Assembly: GCA_943358385.1 (NCBI GenBank)
Contig: CALRGX010000004.1
Span: 10,610-74,609 of the forward strand
DNA from: Parcubacteria group bacterium
Lineage (GTDB): Bacteria > Patescibacteriota > Minisyncoccia > Phycocordibacterales > UBA2100
Length of the DNA stretch: 64,000 nucleotides
Direction: 5' to 3'
This document shows positions 10,561 through 20,294 of this stretch, piece after piece. The notes beneath the pieces were generated by a model that did not search any database, had not been told where the DNA came from, and saw only the letters and a program-made list of their open reading frames with translations. How positions within the stretch are numbered: position 1 is the stretch's first letter; each line of letters begins with the position of its first letter. Both the position numbers and the translations under genes were made by a program.

Positions 10561-11097
10561 TTACTCTCCAAGGAGTGCCTTTATTTGTGAGTGCACTTCG
10601 TCCTTACGGATGGGACCGCGCTGATGGAAGCGGATAGTGCCCCGCGCATCAATAAACAGCATCTCCGGCATGGCGTACCCTTCTATGTCCTTGTAGAGTG
10701 CGTCTGTAGGATCGAGGAGCAACGCGACCCCTTCACCCAAGGTTAACTGGTCGGTGAACGATTTAGCGTCACCCCGCGGTTCACTTCGATTTACAGCCAA
10801 AACCATCACCTCATCACCGTATACATCTTTGAGCTGTGCCAGATATTCGAGTTCAGCACCACAGTAAGGGCACCATGAAGCCCATGCATAGACCACCAAT
10901 ACCTGCCGACGATAGTCTGATAGCTGAACCTCGTTACCATCATAGTCCACCAGGGTCAGGTTGTAGCCCGAATCAAAACTCTCCGCAGTCGGGTCAGGTT
11001 GCCACACCGTATACCAGTAGTACATACCACCGATGAAGACCGCAAGAGCAAGTGCGCCACCCACCCACACTCTTTTCATTTGTAGAACATGCAGCAT
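10561..11097 (-). CDS. TlpA-like thiol-disulfide oxidoreductase (thioredoxin fold), membrane anchored
   Basis: N-terminal TM; WASWCPYCGAEL CxxC motif. Confidence 0.75.
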   Translation of the reverse strand: MLHVLQMKRVWVGGALALAVFIGGMYYWYTVWQPDPTAESFDSGYNLTLVDYDGNEVQLSDYRRQVLVVYAWASWCPYCGAELEYLAQLKDVYGDEVMVLAVNRSEPRGDAKSFTDQLTLGEGVALLLDPTDALYKDIEGYAMPEMLFIDARGTIRFHQRGPIRKDEVHSQIKALLGE

Positions 11098-11111
11098 ACG
11101 CAGTGAGTATA

Positions 11112-12860
11112 CTATCCCGTCCAGTTAAATAAGAGGATACTCACATCTGAAAGATTTACGGTCCCGTCTGAATTAATGTCCGCTGGGACATCACCTTGAC
11201 CCCACGCCGACAGAAGTATGGAGAAATCGATGAGATTCACTTTGGTGTCACCATTTAAATCAGAGAGCAGTGAGAAATCAGGTGCCGGACTCTCCCCAAT
11301 ACCCAGCGATATACTCGTAAAGTTACTGCTCGACTCTTGGAGCGATGCATCTACCAAAATACGAGCTCGTACGCGATACGTTCCTTTCACGAGTCCCGTG
11401 GTATCAACGGGTACACTCCACTCCCCGTCTGCAGACCCCGGCACACCCAATGACGACGTGGCGGTGACCTTCAGGAATTCCCCAGGCGCCGCACCAAGCT
11501 TGGTGAGGAATATCTCTACCACGCGGCCAGGTGCACCTTCGCCCGATATAACCACCCCTGCTCCTGGTTCTATCTGGCTTGCCGAGAGAGAGATGGTAGG
11601 TGGCAACACAATGTTGGACAGCGTGTTGTTCGTTCCTGATTGAAGCGTCAGCGTGGAAGTAAACCTGCTCGACGTGCGCAGTTTTTTATCTTCTACATAT
11701 GCCATGAAGGTATACGTACCGCGTTCCATATCCGTGACCACTGCCTGAAACGTACCGTTAAATTTTGCTTGCACACGCGAGGAGACTTTGCCGTCTTTGA
11801 GCACGACAATTGAACTCAAGGGCGGGGCCCACCCAGAGAGGGTTGCGGATGCAAGGAATAGCTTTTCACTGCCGTTGGGAATACTCCCCGCCCCTCCCCG
11901 CCCTCCTGGGCCACCCCCGGTCGCATTTCCCACAACTGTATTTACGAGTGATGAATCGCTTGCCGGTGTGTTGTTTAGTGAAAATGATATGGGGTAGTCG
12001 TCATCATTTTCCGTTCCTTGCGCATCGGCACAGCGAACGTAGTAGATGTAGGACGTACTGTCATTGTGGCCTGAAATTACTACGGAATGAATTTGAGATA
12101 GACTCTGATCGAAATCCTCAGTCATGTTGTCGTAGAGCGTATTAGTCGAGGTAGCGTATCTACAGTGAGCAAGTTCGTCTGTTTCAAGAGATATTTCTAT
12201 GGTGGTATTACCTGCAGCGAGTGCACCAGAGGGCAGACCATTGCTACGAGTTGGCGCCAGTATCGTCGGAGTGACACTCACGGTCACCTGCTGCACTATA
12301 GCGATCATTGCCTTTGCATCATCAATCGCCGCTCCGCCAGGCTGCTTCGTTGCTACGTTGATTCGATATGATCCCACAGACGCAGGATTCTCAATCGAAG
12401 AATCCGCGACTGCCCCATGTGAAGCACCCTGTCCCAGAATTATGCGTACACGGTCGCCGGCAGCGAGTCCTTCAGTGCTGTTGAGTTCAACAGTAACAGC
12501 TCCCAACGTGCCCGAAGCAACGATCACACCGTCGTCCGTTGCAGTTGCAGCAGCAGCAAGCGATCGTGCAGTATAGGGACCACCACTGGTCGTCGCATAC
12601 GCAAAATCAACATCCTCAACGCCAAAATCGAAAGGAATTTCAAATGCATTAGTGTGTGGAGTAATCACGATAGTGCCCGAGGGTGGCACAGCGTTCGTGA
12701 CGGTAAATTGTATGGTGTGGGTCGTGGTGGCCGAGGGTGCAGATGTAGTAATAGTATCGCTCACCACCGTGAGCGATGCAGCAGAAGCGCTCACCACAAA
12801 CGCGAGCGCAGCGAGACTCATGCACACCCCAACTATGCCATACCGGATATCTGCATTCAT
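11112..12860 (-). CDS. large secreted surface protein with C-terminal dockerin-type repeats
   Basis: Signal peptide; Thr/Ser-rich Ig-like region; C-terminal DLNGDTKVNLIDFSILLSAW ... DINSDGTVNLSDVSILLFNW, a duplicated calcium-binding dockerin motif. Confidence 0.6.
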   Translation of the reverse strand: MNADIRYGIVGVCMSLAALAFVVSASAASLTVVSDTITTSAPSATTTHTIQFTVTNAVPPSGTIVITPHTNAFEIPFDFGVEDVDFAYATTSGGPYTARSLAAAATATDDGVIVASGTLGAVTVELNSTEGLAAGDRVRIILGQGASHGAVADSSIENPASVGSYRINVATKQPGGAAIDDAKAMIAIVQQVTVSVTPTILAPTRSNGLPSGALAAGNTTIEISLETDELAHCRYATSTNTLYDNMTEDFDQSLSQIHSVVISGHNDSTSYIYYVRCADAQGTENDDDYPISFSLNNTPASDSSLVNTVVGNATGGGPGGRGGAGSIPNGSEKLFLASATLSGWAPPLSSIVVLKDGKVSSRVQAKFNGTFQAVVTDMERGTYTFMAYVEDKKLRTSSRFTSTLTLQSGTNNTLSNIVLPPTISLSASQIEPGAGVVISGEGAPGRVVEIFLTKLGAAPGEFLKVTATSSLGVPGSADGEWSVPVDTTGLVKGTYRVRARILVDASLQESSSNFTSISLGIGESPAPDFSLLSDLNGDTKVNLIDFSILLSAWGQGDVPADINSDGTVNLSDVSILLFNWTG

Positions 12861-12870
12861 AAATCGTTTT

Positions 12871-13707
12871 CTATTTCACATCCTTAACACATCGAAACCC
12901 AACCGCTGATCCAACGAAGGTAGGGGCGACCGTCACGTTAATGGCGTACTGTCCTGCGTCAGTGCGACTCTTCCAGTAGCCCCCACGCAACATCCCTCGC
13001 GCATCAACGGGATCAAGCCAAAAATAATCATGGAAGAGCGACTCGTCAGATTCATACTCATTGGTTTCGATGGGGATACCACTCTCATCAATACTGCGCA
13101 CATACCCTTGCAGTGGAAGCGCTCGACCAGCGTACACACCATCCTGCACCGTTTCCTGCATCCACTCCCACACATTCCCCATGAGGTCATGCACCCCTGA
13201 TGGCGATACGCACGCGTCGCGTGAACCTGCTTTATCTGGCCCATCGGTCTCGAGCGAATCTACATTGCAATCTTCGCGCCCCCACGCATCCGCATCAGGG
13301 GTACCGAGCGCCGCGCGATACCATTCTGCGTTGGTTGGCAGTCGCTTCCCTACGCGCGCACAGGCAAGCTCTGCCTGTTGGCGCGTAATATTCCTCCAGG
13401 GCATTTCATCAGCAACAGAAATCGGTTCGCAGGTGCGCACCGACAGGTTGTCGTCAGTATCTCTCTTACTCTGAGGGTCACTGTGGGCACAAGAGCTCCC
13501 CGCAGACACCTCGTATGTATCAATACAGAACCCCCCTGCACTGGCTCCCACAAATACCATACCTGTGGGGCACTTGGATGCATACGCTGAAAAGACAGAT
13601 CCGACCAGCGATTCACCCGGAGTATCCATGTTGTCAAACGCGTTGATTCCGAGCGTAGTGAGGATGAGTGCACCAAGAATAACTGCTATGACGCGCAGAA
13701 ATTTCAT
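12871..13707 (-). CDS. secreted FGE-sulfatase (SUMF1/formylglycine-generating enzyme-like) domain protein
   Basis: Signal peptide; MGNVWEWMQ and RGGYWKS motifs typical of the FGE/DUF323 fold; 10 nt upstream of the dockerin gene. Confidence 0.7.
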   Translation of the reverse strand: MKFLRVIAVILGALILTTLGINAFDNMDTPGESLVGSVFSAYASKCPTGMVFVGASAGGFCIDTYEVSAGSSCAHSDPQSKRDTDDNLSVRTCEPISVADEMPWRNITRQQAELACARVGKRLPTNAEWYRAALGTPDADAWGREDCNVDSLETDGPDKAGSRDACVSPSGVHDLMGNVWEWMQETVQDGVYAGRALPLQGYVRSIDESGIPIETNEYESDESLFHDYFWLDPVDARGMLRGGYWKSRTDAGQYAINVTVAPTFVGSAVGFRCVKDVK

Positions 13708-13736
13708 TACCAGTATTATAGTACGTGCCGAAGGTG

Positions 13737-14141
13737 TCAGCGTTGTGCGCGCAGGTCTATCGGCACACTCCCCATAAATGCCGTGTTGCGTCTTCCGCGA
13801 CGAAGGTCGAAGAAGAAGTTTAGTCCAACTAAAATCACCAACAGAATACTCACCGCCAAACTCGCTACAGCGAGCGTGTTGGTCGAGAACATACCACCTT
13901 CTATTTCTACACCACCGAGACGTGCTTCCCGTTCCTTGAGCTCAGTCTCTTTATCTTGCAATGCTTGGGCTAAAGAGTTGAATTCGTTCGGCAACACGCC
14001 CGCATTCATACCCACCATTGCATTGGCAACCAGTTGCCCCGCGGTATTGGCGAGCATCTGAGGCGACGCCAGAGAAAGCGCGTACGTCATCAAGACGAGT
14101 GCAATGAAGAGTCCAAGATACTGGGTATGTCTTTTTTTCAT
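13737..14141 (-). CDS. hypothetical membrane/coiled-coil protein
   Basis: 134 aa, N-terminal TM, coiled-coil, C-terminal TM. Confidence 0.4.
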   Translation of the reverse strand: MKKRHTQYLGLFIALVLMTYALSLASPQMLANTAGQLVANAMVGMNAGVLPNEFNSLAQALQDKETELKEREARLGGVEIEGGMFSTNTLAVASLAVSILLVILVGLNFFFDLRRGRRNTAFMGSVPIDLRAQR

Positions 14142-14158
14142 AGAGACTACCGGGAAGG

Positions 14159-15238
14159 CTAGGCGAACAAGAGGAAGAGTGCGAAGAGGAACAGGACCGA
14201 GAAGATGAACACCGCGATCAGAATCATCATCAAACGTGACGCACTCTTGTTATATTTCTTTACGTAGTAGGTATCAGCACGCTTACTTGGATTTACCCCC
14301 ATTTCTCGAAGCTTTTTATTTATGTACAGACGCATCCAACCGTACAATAGAAGTACGAATGCGAGGAGAGAACTCAGCGCAATGAGAATCGGTTTGAGCG
14401 GCAATATCCAGAACGATGTAGTTGCAGAAAGGGTCTTTCGTGAATCATCGCCGTATACCATGCTTACCAGCGCCTGATAGCGGCCAAAGGCAAATTTGTC
14501 GTATTCCCAGGTAGTCACATAGTTTCTGTCTCCTTTAGGAAAAAGTGCAGAACCTGTTTCGTTTACACGTACACTCCCTACTTGCCGGCCAAACATATCC
14601 GATATTTCGATCAGGCCATGGGGGCGCAGCAACACATTTCCAAGGTTATCGATCTTCGTACTGAAATCAATCGTTGGTTCGTTGTACACAATTTTCTCCG
14701 TAGAGAACTCACGGATGCGCGCATCCTCTTGCACATCACCCGCAATGCGCAAATTTATTATACTTCCTGTGCGCATACCCACTGCCGCACCAATGGAACG
14801 CAGCTTGGGAGGTCGCACGTCGAGGAATACCCCGCCGAAATGCGCGCCAGGGCTGGCACCAGCAGGCACATTAATGACATAGGGGATTGAACGCGTCTCA
14901 TTCGGACCAATGACCACAGAGTCCTGTGGCAGCTTGACCCATGAGCTCAGCTCATATTCTGTCGGTTGCCCCTCCTCAGCAAAGAGCGGGACTCCACGGT
15001 CATCAAGACCACTAATATCCTGAGCACCCAAATATAACGTCTTTTCAATGTTGGAAAGGTTAGTCACCTTGATGGCGAAGCGGTACGTCTCCCCTGGGTT
15101 CACGCGATCTTCGATGACTGCCGGTGTGATCTCGATGCCTTCAGGAGATTGCGCATCCGCAACTGAAAAGGCACCTAGAAAGAACGGTATCACGAGCCCT
15201 GCTACCACTAGTGGTACTGTAAGTTTTTTCACTCGCAT
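14159..15238 (-). CDS. cell-surface protein with C-terminal TM anchor (DUF916/DUF3324-like architecture)
   Basis: Signal peptide, beta-rich ectodomain, C-terminal TM plus basic tail; 359 aa. Confidence 0.45.
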   Translation of the reverse strand: MRVKKLTVPLVVAGLVIPFFLGAFSVADAQSPEGIEITPAVIEDRVNPGETYRFAIKVTNLSNIEKTLYLGAQDISGLDDRGVPLFAEEGQPTEYELSSWVKLPQDSVVIGPNETRSIPYVINVPAGASPGAHFGGVFLDVRPPKLRSIGAAVGMRTGSIINLRIAGDVQEDARIREFSTEKIVYNEPTIDFSTKIDNLGNVLLRPHGLIEISDMFGRQVGSVRVNETGSALFPKGDRNYVTTWEYDKFAFGRYQALVSMVYGDDSRKTLSATTSFWILPLKPILIALSSLLAFVLLLYGWMRLYINKKLREMGVNPSKRADTYYVKKYNKSASRLMMILIAVFIFSVLFLFALFLLFA

Positions 15239-15352
15239 AGCTGCTTTGAAGAAGTAATGGGTACACTGTATCAGACTCTATGAAGCGAGGACACCTCCGT
15301 CGACTGTGTGGAGGCGTCCTCGTTCATCCTTATCCCTGTAACTAGCTGCACC

Positions 15353-15787
15353 TTAGAAAATAGGCGTAGCGACGTAGGTAAGCGTAGTGCTGTAATCAGT
15401 ACCAGCTTCCTGAAGTGACTCGATTTCTATTTGGTACGCAACCTGAGTCAAACCTATGTCTGCCGTTGATCCGTCGGATGGTTCAGTGTGGTAGAAGACT
15501 TCGCGCGTTGTTGTGCCGAAGTTACCTGCGTACAACTGCGAACCAAACGGGTCACCTGTAGAGAGTGTGGAGTCCTCACTGGTGATACCGAAGTGACCAT
15601 AGGTGTTTTCCGATCCAAGCGTGTTGAGCGGTGCAGTCCACGCCATTGGTGTTGCTTGTCCACCACCTTGCGCAAACGCATCGATATCAGCACCAGTTGA
15701 CGAAACGAGATTCCCATCAGCTTTCACGGTGACCGAGAATCCGTTACGTGCATTCGTCTCAACAGTCAACTCTTGCCCTGCAATCAC
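15353..15787 (-). CDS. hypothetical Gly/Thr/Ser-rich protein
   Basis: 144 aa ORF, 4-nt overlap with the upstream small membrane ORF. Confidence 0.35.
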   Translation of the reverse strand: MIAGQELTVETNARNGFSVTVKADGNLVSSTGADIDAFAQGGGQATPMAWTAPLNTLGSENTYGHFGITSEDSTLSTGDPFGSQLYAGNFGTTTREVFYHTEPSDGSTADIGLTQVAYQIEIESLQEAGTDYSTTLTYVATPIF

Positions 15788-16032
15788 CGGTGTCCCTGGA
15801 ATGAGGGTTCCAGTGGCAAAAGGTACAGGTAATTTTCTACATAACTCAAAACGCCGAGCGCAATCAAAAAATGCATGAGTGAGCCTACAGTGGCCGCTGA
15901 CACCGCCTTCTTGTTCGTGACGGCCACTGTGTAGTACGCGTACATACCATCAATCAGCACGTAGGCCAGGAACACGAGCACGGCCGTGGACCAATCAAAA
16001 GTCTGCCATGCGAGAAGTGCAGACTCGTACAT
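15784..16032 (-). CDS. small membrane protein
   Basis: 82 aa, 2 TM. Confidence 0.35.
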   Translation of the reverse strand: MYESALLAWQTFDWSTAVLVFLAYVLIDGMYAYYTVAVTNKKAVSAATVGSLMHFLIALGVLSYVENYLYLLPLEPSFQGHR

Positions 16033-16040
16033 AACCGTTC

Positions 16041-16721
16041 TTACTTCAACTCCACCGACGTGATGATGATTGGCTCTACAGGGCGATCATTTGGGCCTGT
16101 GGCAACTGCACCTATCGCCATAACCACATCCAAGCCTTCGGTCACTTTTCCAAACACGGTATGTTTTGGGTCAAGGAAACCATTGTCTTTCGTGTTGATG
16201 AAAAATTGGCTCCCGTTAGTATTTGGTCCTGCATTCGCCATTGAAATCGTGCCTGCCACATTTTTGTTCTGTGTTGTGATTTCATCTGCGAATGTGTAGC
16301 CTGGCCCGCCTGTTCCCCAGCGTGCTGCCTGCGCATCATCTTTTGAAAGCGGGTCGCCTCCTTGAATCATGAAATCTTTGATGACACGGTGAAACTTAGT
16401 GTCGTTGTAAAATCCGTCACGAGCGAGCTTTACGAAGTTAGTGACGGTGTTCGGCGTTACGTTGCCGAAAAGCTCGATGGTAATGTCGCCCTTGTTAGTG
16501 TGTAGTGTTGCGTTCATAACATTTTTATCAGTCTCTTGCGGTACCTCAACTGGCGCCCCTTCAGCAAGTGCCTCCGGCGACTGGCTCGTGGGCACAATCG
16601 GCGCGCTGTCCCCGTATGGCAATGTTTCGACTACTGGATTAGGTGCACCTCCTTTTGCAAAGAGCCAATATCCACCGAGTAACACGACTGAGAGACCAAT
16701 GAGTACCGCAAGACTTTTCAT
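16041..16721 (-). CDS. ppiB: peptidyl-prolyl cis-trans isomerase, cyclophilin type, membrane anchored
   Basis: FHRVIKDFMIQGGDP cyclophilin signature; N-terminal TM. Confidence 0.85.
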   Translation of the reverse strand: MKSLAVLIGLSVVLLGGYWLFAKGGAPNPVVETLPYGDSAPIVPTSQSPEALAEGAPVEVPQETDKNVMNATLHTNKGDITIELFGNVTPNTVTNFVKLARDGFYNDTKFHRVIKDFMIQGGDPLSKDDAQAARWGTGGPGYTFADEITTQNKNVAGTISMANAGPNTNGSQFFINTKDNGFLDPKHTVFGKVTEGLDVVMAIGAVATGPNDRPVEPIIITSVELK

Positions 16722-16810
16722 GTGATTAAATAATTAACCTATCAATAGCTGGGAGTGTATCATGGCGGCTACTTTCCCCATATCCATGCACCATGTTTTC
16801 ATCGTCTCCC

Positions 16811-17317
16811 CTAGGTCGAGGTCGTCATGCGTACGATACGCTGAGCAGACAGCGCCGAGAGGACAAAGAATACAAGCCCGACGAAACAAGGACTCTGCAG
16901 CGGGTTCACGCCAGGCGCACAGCTCACGGCAGTGCCGACGTGAATCCATTGAAAAAAGTCACACGCTTCATACGCTAGTACGATGGCGGCAAAACACACG
17001 CAGAATATGAGAAAATTTCTGAGCCATCGTTCGTCGCGCCACTCAAAACGCAACAGCAGCACCACTGAGGCAGTAAAAGCAATCAGAAACGCCAGTGAGC
17101 CAAAAAAGCAAGGTGTTGCGAGCGGGTTATTCGTAAACGTATCAGTAAATTGGAAGATGGTCCCATGGAGCTCGCGAAATGCGTACAGCTGCCCGAACAT
17201 AGTGTACGAAGAAAAAAGCGTCCCACCTCCCAGCAAAAGCACCTGCACCAAGAGAAGCTTTTGCAGCGCACCAATAGATGTGAGTGCATGCATACTAAAA
17301 GCATACACCCGCCCCAC
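16811..17317 (-). CDS. hypothetical 4-5 TM membrane protein
   Basis: 168 aa, hydrophobic helices, several Cys. Confidence 0.4.
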   Translation of the reverse strand: MGRVYAFSMHALTSIGALQKLLLVQVLLLGGGTLFSSYTMFGQLYAFRELHGTIFQFTDTFTNNPLATPCFFGSLAFLIAFTASVVLLLRFEWRDERWLRNFLIFCVCFAAIVLAYEACDFFQWIHVGTAVSCAPGVNPLQSPCFVGLVFFVLSALSAQRIVRMTTST

Positions 17318-17339
17318 TGCCCTGCAATGGATCGACTGC

Positions 17340-18185
17340 CTAGCGGAAAGACGCCCTTCCTCGTGGGATTTCGAGAACCATTTCGCCGCGCGTAGTGAAA
17401 GTAAATCCGGTCACGCTCTCCAGGATCGCCGCAAAATCTGACTCTTGCGATGCTTCGCAAAACATCTTGGTAGATACGAGATCACTGAAAGTGAGCGCGC
17501 GCTCCGTTGCTGTGTACATGCCACCCACCGTATTGCAATCGGTGGTGGCTGAAAAACGATTGCCGTCGAGGAAGGTGAGGACGAATGCATCGGTGCGCAC
17601 GGGTACGATATTTCGGCCATCATCATAGTCTGCACGGACCCATGTCCATGATTTCATGGTGAGAGTCATTCGCGAAGGATCAGCCTCTCCTTCAAAGTTT
17701 TGGACCACCTCACCGAATTGCGCTGTTTTCGCGTCAAATAGTAGACGCAGACTCTTGCCGATAGACACACCATCTGTTCCCAGCGTTGCGTAGTGAACAA
17801 ACACGAGGTTTTCAAACAACTCGGTCCTTTGTGGGGAAATATCCACGCCTACGTACACTGCGTGCGAACCCTCATATCCCTCAGCCGTGTTGAGTGCAGC
17901 CACAACGTAGTATTCGGTACTCGTTCCTTGTGCGCGACTCGCCAAAAAAGCCGTATCTTCTGTGCCGTCGCTGTCAAAATCACGATATACCTCATTGCCA
18001 AAATAGCGCAGTTCTGTACCCAACTTCACCGGAACTCCAGACAGATAGTACGTCGCTTCTTGGACAGTCCGCGCCGGCACCGGTTCAGTGCCTTGTTTTG
18101 CGCTGTAGATGTACTGGGTAAGAAAGAGGAACACACACCCTAAAAAGATGATGGCGAGGATCAAGTAGAGGAAAATTTTATTCAT
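17340..18185 (-). CDS. membrane-anchored protein with C-terminal META (HslJ-like) domain
   Basis: N-terminal signal anchor; C-terminal ...TDCNTVGGMYT...LTFSDLVSTKMFCEAS...FAAILESV, a META-domain pattern. Confidence 0.5.
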   Translation of the reverse strand: MNKIFLYLILAIIFLGCVFLFLTQYIYSAKQGTEPVPARTVQEATYYLSGVPVKLGTELRYFGNEVYRDFDSDGTEDTAFLASRAQGTSTEYYVVAALNTAEGYEGSHAVYVGVDISPQRTELFENLVFVHYATLGTDGVSIGKSLRLLFDAKTAQFGEVVQNFEGEADPSRMTLTMKSWTWVRADYDDGRNIVPVRTDAFVLTFLDGNRFSATTDCNTVGGMYTATERALTFSDLVSTKMFCEASQESDFAAILESVTGFTFTTRGEMVLEIPRGRASFR

Positions 18186-18280
18186 GCCTTAAGACTACCA
18201 GATAAGCATGCACGGGGGTACGTACCTTTGCTCCTTCATTACGAGCTCATCAAATATTTCATTGTCGATGCACAGTCGCC

Positions 18281-19147
18281 CTAAAAAGCCAAGTCGCGAA
18301 AGACTTCAGCATCAATTTCTTTGAGATTGGCAGGACGAATCGTTCCAAAGATTCGTACGGTATCTCCCACCACAAATCGAGCGAGCTGCGCTGCTTTTTT
18401 GGCCGTGTTTAAAACCGTTGTGCTTGCCGGCAGGTACACCAAGTAATCACTCCCTTCGATGGTTACCGTCGCCACAGTCGGCAAAGTTGACGCTGAAAGC
18501 GCTTTTAATGTTCCTTGAAAATTCCTGCCCTGAAACACCACGGGATCTTGGTACACCTCAATCTTGCGCGCCTTGAGTGTGTTTGTTTTGTAGTCATACT
18601 CGCCCTGTGCAGAAACGACTGAATCACCCGCATCGATGTCACTAATAGCGATGAGGCGCACACCCTTGCTGATAGTTGTCGTTGCGGTCAGCTTGAGCGT
18701 GGTCGTCGATGCGTCTGTGCGCGTGAGTGAGATGGTTTGATCTCCCGCCGATACAACAATCACCTTTCCTTTGAAATCTTTGTCAGCACGCATCAAAGAG
18801 ACATTTCGAATTTTCGAAGGCTTGATTACCAAGACGCCTTCGCCTGAAGAAAGCTTGCCTTCAATGTCGATGAGGTCACCTTCCTTGATGTCACTCACCG
18901 TTGCTGGCTCACCATAGGCACGTAGAAACACCGTGTCTTTTGCCGTTATGACCGTGATGCGCACGTACATCAAACTCCAGGTCGCCCGCGTAAACAAATT
19001 GCCGTCTGCTTTCTGCATCACTCTGATATTTTTTCCCACAAAGGTCCCGTCTTCGCGCACTTGAATATCTGAAGTGACGTCTGCAGACGCAGACAAAGGC
19101 AATGTAAAAAGAATGAGCGCAAGCACAGTGAGTAACGATGTTTTCAT
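18281..19147 (-). CDS. secreted protein with three internal beta-domain repeats
   Basis: Signal peptide MKTSLLTVLALILFTLPLSASA; repeated GD.[VI]..G...[KR]I..V-type modules. Confidence 0.5.
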   Translation of the reverse strand: MKTSLLTVLALILFTLPLSASADVTSDIQVREDGTFVGKNIRVMQKADGNLFTRATWSLMYVRITVITAKDTVFLRAYGEPATVSDIKEGDLIDIEGKLSSGEGVLVIKPSKIRNVSLMRADKDFKGKVIVVSAGDQTISLTRTDASTTTLKLTATTTISKGVRLIAISDIDAGDSVVSAQGEYDYKTNTLKARKIEVYQDPVVFQGRNFQGTLKALSASTLPTVATVTIEGSDYLVYLPASTTVLNTAKKAAQLARFVVGDTVRIFGTIRPANLKEIDAEVFRDLAF

Positions 19148-19197
19148 GACGGCAGTATGCCACAGTTACAGGACCATCGCAGTAGTGGTGTGTAGTG

Positions 19198-19225
19198 AAA
19201 GGCGCGCCCATAGGGCGCGCCTTTG
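19198..19225 (-). terminator. rho-independent terminator (GGCGCGCCC-ATA-GGGCGCGCC + T-run on minus strand)
   Basis: A 9-bp GC stem immediately downstream of the M48 peptidase stop. Confidence 0.6.
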
Positions 19226-19246
19226 TTGTGTTGCCGAAGAGCTTTG

Positions 19247-20185
19247 TTACGTGAGTTGGCTCTCGCTGAGAACCACCCCATTTCCCTGTGGTGCCGCCGT
19301 CACGCCGAGCGCTTCTGCACGATCGGCCAATGTCGGATGAGACAACAAGAACCACAGACTGCTGCGCCGACGAAAGTATTCGTACGGATGGCGCTGATGT
19401 CCATCGATTGCCGCACCGACCGAGAGCATGCCTCTGATGAGCTCGTCCCGAAAATCCGGCGTACTGATGCCAATCGCACCAATATCTGCCATGTACTCTC
19501 GCGCGCGACTGAACGCGAGCGAAAGCAGCTGGTAGACCGTCTGCAATACGAAAAGCACGACGACCACTTTCATCAAGTAGCGCGTCTCGCCCGCTTGTGT
19601 TGCACCATAGAAGAAAATGCTCAGTGCGCAGGCGAGGCACAGCACGTACGTCTGCCACTGCAACACCTTCGCTCCCGCCTGAATCATGGCGACAGCAAAG
19701 TTGTCACGATGTTTCAGATGAGCCAGCTCGTGTGCGATCACCCCCACTGCAGAGCGGGTATCCAACACACGCTGGATGCCGCCCATCAAAATGAGAAATC
19801 GCTCGGACAAGCTCGCACTCGCCGCTGCGTTGATCTGGCCTTCCATCACCACCACGGTAGGGGGTTCAGAAAAACCAGCACGCGTCGACAGCGTGGCTAC
19901 CAGCTCGTGCAAGTGCTGGTTGCCTACCGGCAGTTGGCGCTTGTTTCGCATATAGGCGCCCACACCCTGAAGGGTGACCAGCGAGAGCACGTAGCCAGCC
20001 ACCACCAAGACGAGGTGGTTGCTGAATACGGAAGCCACACGCGTCGTTGGTGCGGGCCCCACCAAGAATGCGACCACTGCTGGCAAAAACCAGAAAATGG
20101 CGCCCATGGTGAGGAAATAGAACCAGCTCTTGAATGTCTGCGTGATGATGTGCCAGCCAAAGCCCGGCACCCATGTCCACAGCAT
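19247..20185 (-). CDS. M48-family zinc metalloprotease (HtpX-like), membrane bound
   Basis: HELAHLKHRD (HExxH) with TM helices; 312 aa. Confidence 0.8.
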   Translation of the reverse strand: MLWTWVPGFGWHIITQTFKSWFYFLTMGAIFWFLPAVVAFLVGPAPTTRVASVFSNHLVLVVAGYVLSLVTLQGVGAYMRNKRQLPVGNQHLHELVATLSTRAGFSEPPTVVVMEGQINAAASASLSERFLILMGGIQRVLDTRSAVGVIAHELAHLKHRDNFAVAMIQAGAKVLQWQTYVLCLACALSIFFYGATQAGETRYLMKVVVVLFVLQTVYQLLSLAFSRAREYMADIGAIGISTPDFRDELIRGMLSVGAAIDGHQRHPYEYFRRRSSLWFLLSHPTLADRAEALGVTAAPQGNGVVLSESQLT

Positions 20186-20294
20186 GCAAACCTCCTGTTG
20201 CTAAGGATCTGGAGAATTTCCAGCCGAAAGTACTATACCACATAAAGGTAATTAAGCCAATACCTGCACCGACTGCTCGCTCACCTCTGCTATA

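Noticed and set aside
16811-17317. VKOR (vitamin K epoxide reductase) assignment for the membrane protein next to the PPIase
   Set aside because: It has several Cys but no CxxC active-site pair, so the protein is left as an unassigned membrane protein.
18909-19658. 249-aa minus-strand ORF
   Set aside because: It spans the intergenic terminator and overlaps two well-supported genes out of frame. The sequence is Arg/His/Cys-rich nonsense.
19223-20245. 340-aa plus-strand ORF
   Set aside because: It is entirely antisense to the M48 peptidase gene, which has a bona fide HExxH motif and TM helices. The translation is His/Arg/Cys-rich with no motif or RBS.
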